64,000 nt of DNA. It comes from Neocallimastix sp. 'constans'. Lineage: Eukaryota. Where the stretch lies: positions 372,001 to 436,000 of the forward strand of contig JBODTK010000126.1 of the NCBI GenBank assembly GCA_050613775.1, given 5' to 3'. Below, in pieces: positions 63,470 to 64,000 of this stretch. The translations under genes were made by a program, and so were the position numbers. The notes under the pieces are model-generated. The model searched no databases and was not told the origin of the DNA. It saw only the letters and a list, made by a program, of their open reading frames with translations. The stretch's first letter is position 1. Each line of letters begins with the position of its first letter.

Positions 63470-64000
63470 TCTAAAAAGATAACTAATTATAATATTTTTA
63501 ATTATACTTTATTTTATTTATTATATTTTATTATTATTCTTATGGAATAAAAAGGCAAATAATAAAGAAAATGAGTGGATAGCTAAATATCAAAAAAAGA
63601 TTATTGATGATTTTGCTCATTTTCCGGAATATCCATTTAAATCTCACCTATATAAATATTTTAAGGAATCAGCAAGTTATGAAATAGCTAGAAAAGTATA
63701 TCAAATTATGACTACACCAGAATCTGTATCATTTTGGTGTGCAGCCCCATATAATTTAAAAAGCTCATTACAAAGAAGTGAAGAATTAATTAGACCAACT
63801 TATAAGTTTAAATATAAATCTACTACTTCTAATAAAACCGATAGTAATGATAAAATTGATAGTAATAATGAAAATAATAAAACTAAAAGTAATAATAAAG
63901 GCGATAGAATTAATAATGTTAATAGTGTATTAAATAATAGTAGTAATTCCAAAAAAAGTACTACTAATACCAAAAAAATTAAAAATAAGCGTTTTAAAAT
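61046..64000 (+). CDS. Secreted HEXXH zinc-metalloprotease-like protein (3' partial)
   Basis: Signal-like N-terminus MRIYKFKAIQSISIVFFFSYLINA. Exons 61046-61973, 62299-63335 and 63555-window end join in frame. Motifs CEKALKVFENAG, MGSAAP, YPSALIKQL, DITVLFNSD..W and EQTVLHELLHGLGF. Confidence 0.85.

Overview
Extremely AT-rich eukaryotic DNA with many short GT-AG introns, homopolymer runs and (ATT)n/(TAAA)n microsatellites. The gene content is fungal and the composition suggests an anaerobic gut fungus (Neocallimastigomycota); this is an inference. I can reconstruct nine protein-coding genes: DNA polymerase delta subunit 3 (Cdc27/Pol32/POLD3), an ANKRD54-like ankyrin protein, a 14-exon SH3-WW-REM-RasGEF (Cdc25-type), CDK8/Ssn3, an intronless ankyrin-repeat protein, a 4-exon orphan secreted Cys-containing protein, a PP1 glycogen-targeting subunit (RVxF + CBM21), an intronless 1021-aa PPR protein, and a secreted HEXXH metalloprotease-like protein that runs off the window end. 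Four decayed retroelements lie between genes: Ty3/gypsy with paired LTR-like repeats, Ty1/copia pol, a LINE RT fragment, and a gag relic between LTR-like repeats. The most notable observations are: (1) a tRNA-Cys 5' half ending at the anticodon, flanked by a perfect 12-bp target-site duplication and inserted just after the FADD motif of the LINE RT relic; (2) a canonical P-type PPR protein with no obvious organellar presequence and a prion-like N-terminus, in a lineage that probably has no organellar genome; (3) two mutually complementary ~250-nt microsatellites in the introns on either side of one RasGEF exon; (4) a GC-richer ~175-bp element with a perfect 15-bp hairpin at one end and a poly(A) at the other. 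All calls were made by eye, with no database searches.
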